From NCBI RefSeq assembly GCF_902713615.1, contig NC_052149.1, forward strand, positions 117,975,930 through 118,039,929: DNA of 64,000 nucleotides. The letters run 5' to 3'. Position numbers and translations under genes: made by a program. The stretch is from Scyliorhinus canicula. Taxonomy: Eukaryota. The notes under the pieces are model-generated. The model made no database searches. It worked only from the letters and a program-made list of their open reading frames with translations, and was not told the DNA's origin. Positions 1-12,560 of the stretch are shown piece after piece; positions within the stretch are counted from its first letter, which is position 1, and each line of letters starts with the position of its first letter.

Positions 1-933
1 GAATCTGTTTGTGATGGGGAGGTTTGCTAGTTTTAAGTAACTGTCTGAGAAATTCCTACTGCCTGGTTCTAGTCTTTTCAGGTATTTCTAGATGCGCAAG
101 TTTTCGCGCAAGGTTTTTCCCTCCTTTCCTTTGGCACCACCCTCGTCCCTGTTGAAGACAATTTTGACTCTGGCTAGGCAGGACAGGGGGTCTATTTCAG
201 ACATATCCTTTGCCATATCCTTTCAACAGACTCTGCTCCATTCAGCAAGGTGAGGACATAGTGAGAGGGCAAATTGAGTCCCATTCTTAATGATGAGGTG
301 TGGAATGAAGTCCTCCACATGGTCAACTCCACATCTTCATGTGCTTGGCTAAGCTTGATTCAAATTAACGCCTTGCATAGGACACGCATGACCAGAGCTA
401 GGACGAGCAGCTTCTCCTCCACACAAATCATGCACATATGTTTTGGTCCTGCCCCAAGTTGGTTAGCTTTTGGGTCTCTTTCACCATGTTGGAGATACTC
501 CAGATGGATCATGTCTGCCGCTGGCCATAATTGGTGTGTCAGACTTGCCGGTGATTCAGTCTGAGGTGAAGGCAGATGCCCTCACCTTTGCCTCGTTGGT
601 AGCCACAGGGCAAATTCTGCTTGGGTGGTGGTCTCCTACTCTTATTAGGCTTGGCTCGGGGACCTCATACCTTTTCTACATTTGGAGACGGTCAAGTACA
701 CCATCAGGGGGGCTTGGTGGAGAGGTTCTACCTGAGATCGCAACCATTCATTTCCTTTTTCAGGAGTTAGTCACGGTCAGCAGTTTGGGGGTTTCGTTTA
801 ATTTCTTGAGTTACAGTTAATGTTTTGTTGGGTGGGGGGGGGGTGTTCTTTGTTTCTCTCTTCTATATGTTTGATTATTTTGGGTGATTCGGTTTAAAAT
901 GACTTTTTAATAAACATACTTTGAAAAAAATAA
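1..933 (+). mobile_element. Degraded L1-clade LINE, 3' end of ORF2 plus A-rich tail
   Basis: ORF pieces LSLIQINALHR, HICFG and ADALTFASLVA match the L1 ORF2 C-terminus seen in other copies here. AATAAA and an A-rich tail lie at about 909-933. Confidence 0.85.
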
Positions 934-1289
934 AGAGCTGGATGAAGAATCACCTCAGATCACTCTTCCTTTCGTCTTAGATAATTGAAGTAAATGTACA
1001 TTTTTCAAACCTCCTTCTCCCAGTGGCATTTAAATTGTCCGATACAACACATCATTCATTCACCAATGAAAATGGCAGTCAACTTAAGAAATATCTGTTA
1101 TCCTGCATCAGAGGTCAAAATAATGTTTCTTTCAAGGGCTCTTCTAAAGATATTTTTTTTTTGTGAGCCTCCCTCCCGGAGCAACTTGCTCCCCATCATC
1201 CGCCCAATCAATTTTCTCCCCCATTATTCCCTCAGGGCAATTTTCTTCTGCCTCTCGAACCATCTTTCACCACAAATTGCACCAGCTCA

Positions 1290-1670
1290 CTTCCCTCTTT
1301 CTCCCCCTCTCTCCCGCCACTCTCACCCTCTCCCTCAAACCCTCCTTCCCACAACCCCCTTGCTATCCCTTCCCTACCCTCCTCTCCCCTTTCACCCTCT
1401 CACCATCCCTTCCACATACACTTGAAACCACCACCCCTCTACCTCTCCCCCGCCATCCGTCTCCCTCCTCCACTATTCTCTCTGCTACCTCCAATCATAC
1501 CCTCTCCTGGCACACCCTCTCCTATGCCTCCCCTCTCCCCTATACCCCTTCCCCTCCCTCTTTATAACCACACTTGTTCTGCCCCCTCCACCTCACAACT
1601 CCTCTTCAGTCTCTTTCCCGCTTTCCCTCCAACCCTTTGCTCTCCTGCCCCCAACCCTTCCCTCTCCCCT
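1290..1670. repeat. CT-rich low-complexity tract
   Basis: Strongly pyrimidine-biased; the Pro/Ser/Leu ORFs over it are compositional. A GA-rich tract follows at about 1850-1985. Confidence 0.8.
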
Positions 1671-2030
1671 GAACCAGAGCTCAGTTCACAGAGCCTGCTG
1701 GAACCAGAAATGATGGTGAGGTTGGCCCCAATGTAGTTTTGAGCTGGCACAGAAGTAGCAATGGTTGCAAGTAATTCAGCGGGGGGAGGATCTTGGAGTT
1801 GAGCAGGACCCACAGCATGGAATTCAGCAGCGTCAATGGGGCCTTAGGCTTGGGGACTGGAGGGAAAGGGGGTTAAGAGTCTTGAGGGAGAGGGGATAAG
1901 AATTTGGAGGATGAGAGGGGGGTTAAGAGTTTGGAGGGAGGGTGCAAGAGTTTAGAAACTGCAGGGAAAGATGGGGGGTGTTAAGTGCTGGAGATGTGCT
2001 CAAGAGGTACTCAAGAACCTTTGAGCGTAC

Positions 2031-3449
2031 TGTTCTTGAAAATACAGAAAAATGTGTCATTTGAAACATGGAAGTCTGGCAATATCTGGTTTGAGAGGGT
2101 ACAGGGAAAGATCCCACAAAAGTTTCATAGCAGCTTCAAAGAGCAGGGTTGTAAAATGCAGATTCTTGCTCACAAGCAGGCTAATCAAACACACCGGTCT
2201 CATGTGGTAAGCTAAAACAATGGCTCACACCTTCATGGAATGTAACTATCTCAGGAAGCATCTGAAAAAGCATGGATGAGAGTTTCAATTGCATTAAGTG
2301 ACGAATGTTTAAAACAGGCAAGTCTTTCAAGTCATAACCAAGTTAAATTTTAGCATACAGCTAAAAGCAAAGTTTCACACCTTAATTGAAATAAATTCTC
2401 TTAGTAAACAGCTGGAAAGGATGGAAGATGCCCAGTCGAATTTGGTGTCAATTTTAAAGTGTAAAATTCTATGAACATCAAACAATTAAAAGAAAATTGG
2501 AGACGACCTGTCTACGAGAAACATCATGTAAGTCAAAATCAAAGGCAAAGTTATGAGCTGGGGACAATTGGAAAATTAAACGATTTGAAATCACAGAATT
2601 AAAAGTAACACCTATTGAAACCAAAGCATTGTTTAATCAGATCTGAGAGGAGACGATATGCCCAAAATGAATAATTAGTTGTAGTAAGATGTTTACATCA
2701 AAGATACTTTTAAACTATCAAAGTGAAACAAGCCCATTTACAATAAAGTCGTTAAAACTTAATAACTCTCAGAAAGAGAATATAAACCCAGGGAACAGAG
2801 GACAGAGGACAGAGAGAAACCAGCAACAGGAGAGAAGGGGAGGAGAACTCAGAGAGAGAGAGAGAGAGAGCTCGGTCATGGGAAAGACAAGGCAAGCAGC
2901 CAAGTTTAAACAGTTATACATCTAAGGAAGACTAGAATTTAAACAGGAGTCAGAGTCAGCTTAGAGATAGCTAGCAGAGCCAGCTCTCACAGCTCGGTGC
3001 ATGGGAAGAACAGGACACAGCAACCGAGTTCACCAGCGAATACAACTCAAGAAGACCAGATTTTAAGAAGATCGATTGCCAAGGTGGGCCTGAAGCAGCC
3101 AGAAGCAAGATCTTTTTTCCTTTCTGTAAAGAAAGTGTTTGCAGCTTTTAAAAGAAAAAATATAATAATAAAAATAACTTAACCTGAAAAAGCGGTTATT
3201 AGCTTACTTCACTTCCTTAATAACGCAGGACCCAGGACATCGATGCTATTAAGGGGTAAGTAGGTAAAATTCTTCGGTGAAGGTATGGGTTATACCGGGG
3301 GATAACTTGAAAAGATAGTTTGACCTGAATAGCACTCACAGAAGCCTGCACTGGAGTCAGGGAGTGAGAATCCCTGTTCACCATTTAGAATATCAACCTT
3401 TTTTTTGGTATAGGGGGAATTCTAAGAATAGTGGTGAGTTTTAACTTCA
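2031..3449 (+). mobile_element. Large solo LTR (1419 bp), ERV-like
   Basis: Begins TG (2031) and ends CA (3449) with an exact 4-bp TSD GTAC (2027-2030 / 3450-3453). Contains TATAAA at 2781, an (AG)n run and AATAAA at about 3166. Confidence 0.6.
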
Positions 3450-3499
3450 GTACTTTAGAGTTTTGAGCATCTTCATTTGACGTCAAAGATGGCAAAACA

Positions 3500-3723
3500 G
3501 GGCAGCACGGTGGCCTAGTGGTTAGCACAACCGCCTCACGGCGCTGAGGTCCCAGGTTCGATCCCGGCTCTGGGTCACTGTCCGTGTGGAGTTTGCACAT
3601 TCTCCCCGTGTCTGCGTGGGTTTCGCCCCCACAACCCAAAAATGTGCAGAGTAGGTGGATTGGCCACGCTAAATTGCCCCTTAATTGGAAAAAATAATTG
3701 GGTAATCTAAATTTATTTTAAAA
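3500..3723 (+). mobile_element. Short HE1-related tRNA SINE, A-tail type
   Basis: tRNA-like A/B boxes (TGGCCTAGTGG, GGTTCGATCCC), A-rich tail, 15-bp TSD AAAGATGGCAAAACA (3485-3499 / 3724-3738). Confidence 0.92.
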
Positions 3724-4067
3724 AAAGATGGCAAAACATTGTTAATCTGCACTCAAATGCATTCCAAATTAAAACACTGATATCAAATTTCATTGATTAT
3801 ATTTGAGCACATACTGAATGCAAAATGTCAACATTTTCAGGTAGAGTTAGATTTAACAAAATACAACTTGGAATTAAAACCATTAATTTTATCTTCAAAC
3901 CAAAGACACAGTTACGTGCAAGAAATTTGCCCCAAACTTTGAAAATATGCAGAGTGGGAACAGAATGTATTTAAACCGTGTCCCAGGTTCCCCATGTGTT
4001 GCTACAGATATTTGCATGATATATGGGGTATATTGACCCACGCAGAAGCAGTATTAGAATAATTCTG

Positions 4068-4270
4068 CAGCATGGTGGCACAGAGGTTAGCACTGCTGTC
4101 TCACAGTGCCAGGCCCCAGGTTCAACCCCAGCCTTGGGGACTGTCTGTGTGAAGTTTGCACAGTGTCTGCATGGGTTTCTTGAAGGTGCTCTGGTTTCCT
4201 CCTACAGTCTAAAGATATGCAGGTTAGGTGGATTGACCATGCTAACTTGCGCCTCAGTGTCCAAAAGGTG
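4068..4270 (+). mobile_element. HE1-type SINE, 3'-truncated
   Basis: Head and core similar to full copies at 20381 and 39978. Confidence 0.8.
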
Positions 4271-4284
4271 AGGTGAGGTTATTT

Positions 4285-4910
4285 TTGGATTTGTTCTTGT
4301 ACCGAGGTACAATGAAAAGTATTGTTCTGTGTACAGTCCAGACAGATCATTCCATACATGAAAAAAGAACATAGGGCAAACATAAATACACAATGTAGTT
4401 ACACAGACACAGGTACTGAATGAAGCATACAGAAGTGCAGTACTACTCAGTCGAGAAGATGTGTGAAGAGATCAGATCAGTCCGTAAGAGGGTTGTTTAG
4501 GAGTCCGGTAACAGCGGGAAGAAGTGTTTTTGAATCTGTTAGTGCTGTTCGCAGACTTTTGTATCTCCTGCCTGAGGGAAGAAGTTGGAAGAGTGAGTAA
4601 GCCGGGTGGGTGGGGTCTTTGATTATGTTGCCTGCTTTCTCAAAGCAGCGGGAGGTTTAAATAGAGTCATGGATGGGAGGTGTGATGCACTGGGCGGTGT
4701 TCACGACTCTCTGAAGTTTCTTGTGGTCTTGGACCGAGCAGGTGCCATACCAGGCTGTGATGCAGCCAGACAGGATGCTTTCTATGGTGCACCTGTAAAG
4801 GTTGGTAAGAGTCCATGTGGACATGCTGAATTTCCTTAGTTTCCTGAAGGAGTTTAGGTGCTGTTGTGCTTTCTTGGTGGTAGCATCAACATGAGTGGAC
4901 CAGGACAGAT
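4285..4910 (-). mobile_element. Rex1/Babar-type LINE, 3' fragment
   Basis: Translation LSWSTHVDATTKKAQQ..YRCTIESILSGCITAWYG (DUF1891-like C-terminus); tail matches the copy at 54076. Confidence 0.85.
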
Positions 4911-4962
4911 AGTGTGGTCTCACCAGGGCCCTGTACAACTGCAGTAGAATATCCTTGCTCCA

Positions 4963-7900
4963 TATAATGATGCAGAGATGGCTGACGGTAAACATAATAT
5001 ATGTTTATGTACAAATATTTACAAGGGTCTGCATAACACAGCATCTCACTCCAGTACAATCCAAGCTGGGAGAACTTCTCACCAGGTCATGATCTGGGAC
5101 TGCTTTTAACCTTGCTCATAACAAGCCCCAGGTGGTAGGTCTCCGTCAGTTACCTGTGAGCTCATATTTCACGTATCCCACGGGGAGATATTAAGGCTTC
5201 CCAGTGGTCCTCGTGGGGGTTCTGACACCCCTTCCCCGACAAAGTCCGAAAGCTCCTCTTCAACCACCAACGGAAGGGGCCTTCTGCAACTCTTTGCCCG
5301 CGGCGGTACCTCTGTCTGTGGCGGCGTTGGGTCAGGTAGAGTGTAACAAGGAGCTGAACGCCATTTCTGGTCGATGGCCAAAGAGCAACAGGCGGGATCT
5401 CGGGGCCAGACACACTGTCACCTGCCAGTGTGGATACGTCCATGTCCATGTCGGATCCTAAATCATCATCCTTATGCTGGATCAGGCGTAGAGTCCGGCT
5501 GCTCGAGGGGTAGTTTCTGATGCAACTAAGGCATTCCACCGTTACCTAGGCGTCCTGACTGGCAGGCTCATGCCTGGTTAAGTGGTCCAAATGTTCCTTG
5601 GGGGTCTTCCCCTGACCCCAGACTTTATAGGAAACCAGGCCTGTCCATTCCACTGTGTTCAACTGATATCTGAGCATAACCTCTGAGAAAAAGGATGAAT
5701 AGTCATTGGAAGGGCCTCCTTTGTACCGCCGCTCGTCAACATGAGCCGAAACTTCGCCGACTCCGAGTCTCGCTGTGTCCATGCATACACCCAAGCAGCC
5801 GTTACTAGGAAGGTATCCATAAAATTTAGAGTTGCAATCACTTCACCCACCACAGGTGGAGACGAGGCACTCACGGATAATGGCAGACAGAGGTTTAGCT
5901 GGATCACAGTGCGTAGTTGTTTCAAGAAGAGACGTTTCTTAACAGCAACAAATGCTTCGTCCTGAGAAGCACCCCAGCACCATTTCCGGACCTTGCTCAA
6001 CAATTCATGGAGTGGAGCCAGCAGAATGGCCAGGTGGTGACAAACGTCCTATAATAATTGACCAGGCCCAAAAAGGAACGGAGCTCAGCGGTGTTCCGCA
6101 GAGTCGGGACCCACTTTATGGTGCAAAATTTATCCTCTACCAGGTGAGACTGTCACTGTCCAGTAACCCAAATAGGTCACTGCCTCAGTACGGAAAACAC
6201 ACTTACTGCACTTCAGCCTGACACCCACGAGCAAACCGCCAGAGCACTTCCTGGAGATTCGCAATATGCTCCTGCTCTATGAATCCGGTAACCAGTATAC
6301 CATCTAAATAGATGGCTACCTTCAGCAAGCCCTGCAAGATGTTTCGCATTACTCGTTAAAAAATTGCGGGAGCCGACAAAACCCCAAATTGAAGGCGAGC
6401 ATTTTCAAACAATCCCCGATGGGTATTGATGATGGCATATTTTCTGGATTCCTGGACAAGCTTCACCTGTACGTATGCATGGCTCATGTCCAGCTTAGAG
6501 AATGACCAGCCTCCAGCCAATCTGTGCACCAGTCCAACCTCGGGGTTCTGTCGACGGTGTACTTAAAATCCCACAAAGCCAGTTTTATCGGGCTTCATCA
6601 CCGGCACCACAGATGCAGCCCATTGTGCAAACTGAACAGGGCGGATGACCCCTAGAACCTGCAGGCAGCACCACTCCTCATTAACCTTCAGGAGCAATGC
6701 GTATGGGATAGGCTTTGCCCTGTAGTACCAGGGAAGAGTAGCAGGATCTATGTAGACTTGAGCTCTGCCGCGCCCTTTATCCTGCCAAGACCCTCCTGGA
6801 ACCCAGCAGACCCCAGAGACTCCTGGTGCCCTTCTGAAAGACCCTTTGCCAGTTGAACCTGAGGACTCTCTGCCAGTCTCTACCTAACAAGTTGAGACCA
6901 CCACTAAAGGAAGACGGACTGACTGCTGCCCGTTCATCACCGATGCCGTGGCAGTCTCCAAGATCTTCAATGGTTCTCCAGTATTACTCTGGTATTCCGC
7001 AAATGCATCAGCATAATCCCTGTGCAAAGCCGCCGAAAGGTGCAGAGATCTATAATGGAGACAGCAGCCCCAGTGTCCATTAGCACTGGGTGCCCATTTA
7101 CCTGCAAAGTGATCTGAATCGGAGCTACCTTCGGAGCAATTGCATTAGACAGTTATCCTCCTCCACTTGCAAGGCCCTGGCCCGGGGCAACCTTGGCGGA
7201 TGTCGCAGATGGCGTGCCCTGCCACACCGGGTGATCCTGGCCCTCACGAGTTCCGCGACCACAATGCCAGCAAGGCAGATGGTGCTCACCCTCATCCTGG
7301 AGTGAAGTATCCCATCGGGCAGCGACAGCGCCCAAAACCTGCACTCTGCTGTATGACCCGCCTTGGGGGTTGCTCTGTCAGAGGAAATCTGGCTGGCCCC
7401 GCACAGTCCAGTGACCGATAGGGAGTCCGAAAAGGAGGGCGGCCCAAACTATGGACACCAAAGTCAATGGAGCCCTGCAGTTAATGCACACTTTTCTCCA
7501 TGTGCTTACAAGAGAGGGCAAGTTCAATTGCCCGCTTCAAATTCAATGTAGTTTCCGTTAACAATTTTCTCTGCATAGCCACACTGTTAATACCATGCAC
7601 GAGCCAGTCACTCAACATCTCTGAGGGAGATGCCCAAACTCGCAGTGTTCAGCCAGACGCTGCAACTGGGTCAAGAAATTCTTGACTAATTCACCAGGAG
7701 AGCGTACCACCGTGTTCAACCGATATTTGAGCATAATTACGGTAGGCTTGGGGTCATAGTGATTAGAAACCATAGCTACCAGTTCATCAAATGACCAGGA
7801 ATCCGGGTACGTCAAACTCATTATGATCCCAAGCCTCTGGGCCTGCACATGGCCAGGAGGAGACAGTCTTCCCCCAATATTCCATTCGCCTGGAAGAAGT

Positions 7901-8333
7901 ATCGCATACGTTCCGTATATTGATTCAAATTCTGCAGACCTGCATCGAAGGCCTCCAGTTTCCTGAATAACAGCATTGCTATTGATATGACGTGACTTTC
8001 CCTCCAGCGAACATCCGGCGGCTATGTGAACCAATGGGCGAGTCCGGAGTTTCTGTTAATCCTCGTCGCCAATTTAATGATGCAGAGAAGGTTAACGGTA
8101 AATGTAATATGGATTTATTTGCAAGTATTTACAAGGATCTGCATAACACAGCATCTCACTCCCAGTGCAATCCTAGCTGGGGGGACTTATCTCATTTGGT
8201 CCTGATCTGGGCCTGTTTTTAATCTTTGCTCATAACAAACCCCAGGTGGTAGGCCTCCTGGGGATGCATACTCCACAAGTCCCATGGGGACATCAATGAA
8301 AGCTTCCCCATGATACTCATGGGGGCTATGACA
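4963..8333 (-). mobile_element. Internally deleted, degraded Ty3/Gypsy LTR retrotransposon
   Basis: Two similar ~260-bp LTRs (4963-5227 and 8073-8333). PBS at 8059-8071, PPT at about 5228-5240. Gag remnant (HYDPKP..LAEHCEFG), protease DTGAAVS at about 7058-7080, RT YLDGIL at about 6295-6312. Degenerate TSD CTCCA/TTCCT inside a CR1 fragment. Confidence 0.9.
8059..8071 (-). promoter_or_regulatory. Primer-binding site, tRNA-Ser(GCU)
   Basis: Minus-strand TGGCGACGAGGAT next to the 5' LTR is complementary to the vertebrate tRNA-Ser(GCU) 3' end ATCCTCGTCGCCA (recalled sequence). Confidence 0.75.
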
Positions 8334-8344
8334 TTCCTGTATTA

Positions 8345-9385
8345 AAATTCCTCAGATACTGAACAAACTGTGTCCATATGCAGCAAGACCTGGTCAACCT
8401 TCAGACTTGGGCTGATCAGTAGCATGCAATGTTTGTGCCACTTATGCCAGGCAATTACCATCTCCCAACATTCAATGCCATTACCATTGTGGAATATCTC
8501 ACGATCAACATCCTTGGGGTTATCCACAGAATCCTTACAGTGCAGAAGGAAACCATTCGACCCATCAAGTCTGCACCAGCCCTCAGAAAGAGCACCCTAC
8601 TTTGGCCCATTCCCCCACTCTATCTCTGTAACTCCACTCGGCCTGCACATCCTTGGACTGTGGAAACAAAAAAACGAAGGATACCAACACAGACAAGGGG
8701 AGAATGTAAACTCCACACCATCACCCATTGTCAAAATTGAACCACTGTGCCACCATGCTGCCCTCAACGAGAAATTGAACTGGACTAACTATATAAATAC
8801 TGTGGCTACAAGAGCAGGTCAGAAGCCAGGAATTTTGCTGAGTAACTCACCTCTCGACTCTGCAAAGTCTGTCAAACATCAACAGGCCACAAATCAGGAG
8901 TGTGGTGGGAGTTCTTTCCACTTGCCTGGATGAGTTCAGTTCCAACAACACTCAGGAAGCTCGGCAACACAAAAGACAAAGCAGCCCACTTGATCGGCAC
9001 CCCACCCACCATCTTAAACATTCACTCGCTCAACCACTGCAGCAACTAACCCAGGCTGCTTCGACTGCACCTTCCAAATTCATGACCTCTACCAACGAGA
9101 AGGGCAAGAGAAGCAGATGCATTGAAACACAACCATGTGCAAGTTCCCCTCCATGCCACACACCATCCTGATTTGGGGCTGTATTGCTGTTCCTTCGCTG
9201 TCAATGGGTCAAAATTATGGAACTCCCTTCCTGACAACACTGTGGCTGTACCCACATAAACTGGATGCAGCAGTTCAAGCAGGAGGCTCATCGCCACCTT
9301 CACACGGGCAATTTGGAATGGACAATAAATGTTAGAATAGCCAGCTGCACCAACATCCTGTGAACAAATAAAAGATTTTAACATT
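8345..9385 (+). mobile_element. Old CR1/L2-group LINE 3' fragment, interrupted by a SINE
   Basis: LNWTNYINTVATRAGQKPGIL and DKAAHLIG-like remnants; the same 3' end occurs reversed at about 43715-43925. Confidence 0.7.
8528..8764 (-). mobile_element. Degraded HE1-type SINE
   Basis: Reverse complement of CR1-like tail (cagtgcagaaggaaaccattcg) and of the head (ccactgtgccaccatgctgccc). Confidence 0.75.
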
Positions 9386-9829
9386 TTTTTTTAATGTCCT
9401 AATAATTTGTTTTGTGGGTCAGAATAAGATTTTGTGTGATAACACTCCTGTGAAACCTCTTGGGATGCTTTATGATGTTAAAGGTACTGTCCAAATACAA
9501 GTTGTTGATTTTGATTGAAGCTCTGAGTCATTCCCTTAGGTCACAAAATGCTCTGCATAAATGCAATTTTGTTCTTTCTCACAGATGATTTCTGTTGAAA
9601 ATGTTCCATCAGAAAACCATTTCAAATCGCGTTTGTTTGCACTAAGTAAAATAGTACTTCAGAAGAAAAAAAATTAGATCAACCACACATTAATTTTAAC
9701 ATTCAATTTAGTATGGGAGTGAATGGGGAGGGATTAAATTTTGTGAAATGCCAAGCCAAAAAGTTCAGACCAGAAGTATATTACAAATAAATAAATAGGA
9801 TGGCTAATGGTAATGACAGACAGATACAG

Positions 9830-12560
9830 GTGATGTTTAAACCTGCTAAATAATTACTTTGTATCCGTTTACACAGTAGAGGAGGATAAAATACCAGAGC
9901 AGAAAAAAGTAAAAATAATTAAATGAGAGAAACCTACCAGATTTACTACAGGAGCAAAACAAATTGTGGAGGAGAAAATGAGACTGAAGATTTTCAAGTC
10001 TCAAATACCTGAATTTTCTTTTAACCCAGAATGGAAACTAAGTGGTTAAGGAGATTGCAGGTACTATAATTACGATCTCTGAAAACTGTGAGATGCAGGA
10101 ACTGGTAATTTACCAATCCAAGGGGATGTCACTGAAAAAGGCTGGGAGGGACCAGATAATTATAGAACAATTGGTTTAATGTTCTGAGGAATCATTGGAG
10201 ACTGAGTGCCCAAACATTTGGACAAATATGAACTGATGAGAGCCAACATGGATTTTATAACTAACATAGGAAGAGGTCACAAATGCAGTAGATAAATGTG
10301 CCTGTGGATAATATTTATATGGACTTCCAGATATCATTCCACAAGGTTCCACACAAGAGACTATTGAAAAAACAATGAAAGTACATGGAGGCAACCTGTT
10401 CAAAGGGGTACGAAAGTGGCAAATAGTTAGTAGGCAGAGACTAGCAATGATGGTTGTATACTCTAATTGGCAGGGTGCAACTAATGGTATCCCTGTGTGG
10501 TCTACAGTGGGCTCACAGTAGGTAGACGAAGGAAAGAACCATATAACCAAACGTGCTGACAACAATTGGCTAAATGACAGTGGAATGAGTGAAGACAGCT
10601 GTGGAAAGTTGCAAAGAAACATTGATAGATTATGTGAGAAGGTAAGAAACTGTGACAGATGGAGCTCAATGTGGGGAAGTCAGAGGTCATCAACTTTCAA
10701 CCCACTGTAGAAGCCAGCTATTTTCTATAGGTAAAAGTGATAGATAAAGAATAGCTATTGAGCATTAAGCCTCTAGTCTATTAAATACCATTTTAAAACT
10801 CACTCATAACCTCAGGTCATTTCAAAACACCTATTCAGCATGCAAAACATAGCTTCAACAGAACACAGCATTATAGATTAAAAACGACATTCCTATGCAG
10901 TTAACAAGATAAAGTAACCCAAGGACAAGGCAAGCTCTATGGCAATAGCACAGAGACCATTGTCCTAACAAGCAAGTCAGCAAGGAACTGGTTCAAGCTG
11001 TTTGCGATAAGGAAGCCGAATCGCATCCATAGCTCATACAAGAATACATTTAAGTTAATGTTGCATATTAAATGACAGACAGCTAAAACATCAAATCAAA
11101 CTTATTTGATGTTAACCCAAACCAATTAGGATTACATCACGGTATAGCTAGATGACTAAAGTCTGATATGATTTGGTATAGCCGTGATAGTTCGTACCGC
11201 CATTTTTTATTCCGGAATCAATCTACACTTTGACTTAACTTTCGCTGTCTCTGTCTTTCATATTTCACTTTCTAACTCTGACTTTTGAAGTTATTGCAAT
11301 CTGTTTGCCATAAGCAAGAAAATCATTTCTGTATTATTTGAAAAAAATTGCTTCTCTTTGAGTCCTTTTGCTAGTTGGACTTATTAGCGAATAAGATTTA
11401 AATGATTCTCAATTGTAATCAATAGAGACAATAGAGACAATAGAGACGATTCTTATTTTCACCTGAGAAGTGTTCAACTCAAATTTCTACTGAGTTTTAG
11501 CGTTCGCAAGTGCCACTAAATCCGCATGGTAGATCTCCACACCAAGGTAGGGAAAGTTGCATATGGCTAAGAAATTTACTTAGTGTCAGGAAACCAAAAC
11601 AGTAGCAATAAATGACTGTTTTTCAGTTTGGAGGAAGATTTGTAGTTGAGTACCCAAAGGTCAGTGTTGGGATCTTGTTCTTCCATATATATTATAATGA
11701 CCTAGACTGTGGTGCACAGGATATGATTTCAAAATTTGCAGATGATATGAAGAGTGGAAACAGTCAATTCTGATGAGGATCACAGTCTTGAACTTCGAAA
11801 GGATACAGACATGTTGGTGGATTGGGCAGACAACAGGCAGATGAATTTTCAATGCAGAGAACTGAAAGGAACTTTGGCGGGAGGAATATGGAGAGACAGT
11901 AGGGAGGGACTCTAAAGGAGGTGCAGAAACAGAGGATCCTCGGTATATATGTACCAAGTAATTGAAGATGGTTGAGTTCAGTTAATAAAGCATATAGTAT
12001 CTTCGGCTTTATTAATAAGGGTACTGAGTAAAGAGTAAGGAAGTCATGTTGGTCTGTGCAAGATACTAGTTAGGCCTCATCTGAAGTACTGCGTCTAGCT
12101 CTGGGCGTCATACCGAGGACGGACGTGAAGGCATTGAAGAGAAAAGAAGAGATTCACAAGAATTATTCCAAGGATAAACAACTGTATCTATTTGGATAGT
12201 TTGTAGAGGTTCTGTCTCCTTTTTCTCAGAGAAAAGAAGGCTTGATAGAAGTATTCAAGATCCTGTGGGATTTGTACAGGGTAAATAATGAAAAACTGTT
12301 CCCACTCAAGGCAGCATCAAGAACTTGAGGGCACCGATTCAAAATTATTGGCAAATGGGAGTAGAAGTGAGATAAAGAAAACATTTTCATCTAAAGGTGA
12401 TTGGAGTCTGGAAAGAACTTTCTGAGCTGGTGGTAGTGGCAGATTCGACTGAGGTATTGAAAAGGGAATTGGATTGCTATCTGAAAATAAATAATGTAGA
12501 AAGTTACGGTGATAGTGCAGGGGAGTGGGATGAGGTAGAATGTTCTTTCAGAAAGCCAAT
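9830..12560 (+). mobile_element. Heavily degraded CR1 LINE ORF2, interrupted by a solo LTR
   Basis: Degenerate CR1 RT motifs (aaatttgcagatgat at about 11732, GVPQGSVLG-like at about 11650) and CR1 3' region; many stops. Confidence 0.75.
10706..11541 (+). mobile_element. Probable solo LTR (836 bp)
   Basis: Termini TGTAGA...TCCACA form an imperfect inverted repeat; flanks CCAC/CCAA match 3 of 4; it interrupts CR1 sequence. Strand tentative. Confidence 0.55.

Noticed and set aside
994-1736. Overlapping Pro/Ser/Leu-rich ORFs
   Set aside because: Produced by CT-rich low complexity.
3500-3575. tRNA gene (and similar heads elsewhere)
   Set aside because: The A/B boxes run directly into a SINE body with tail and TSD.
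9568-9650. Strong plus-strand acceptor followed by ATG
   Set aside because: The pyrimidine tract looks like a decayed L2-type tail, the donor is weak and the peptide is unrecognised.
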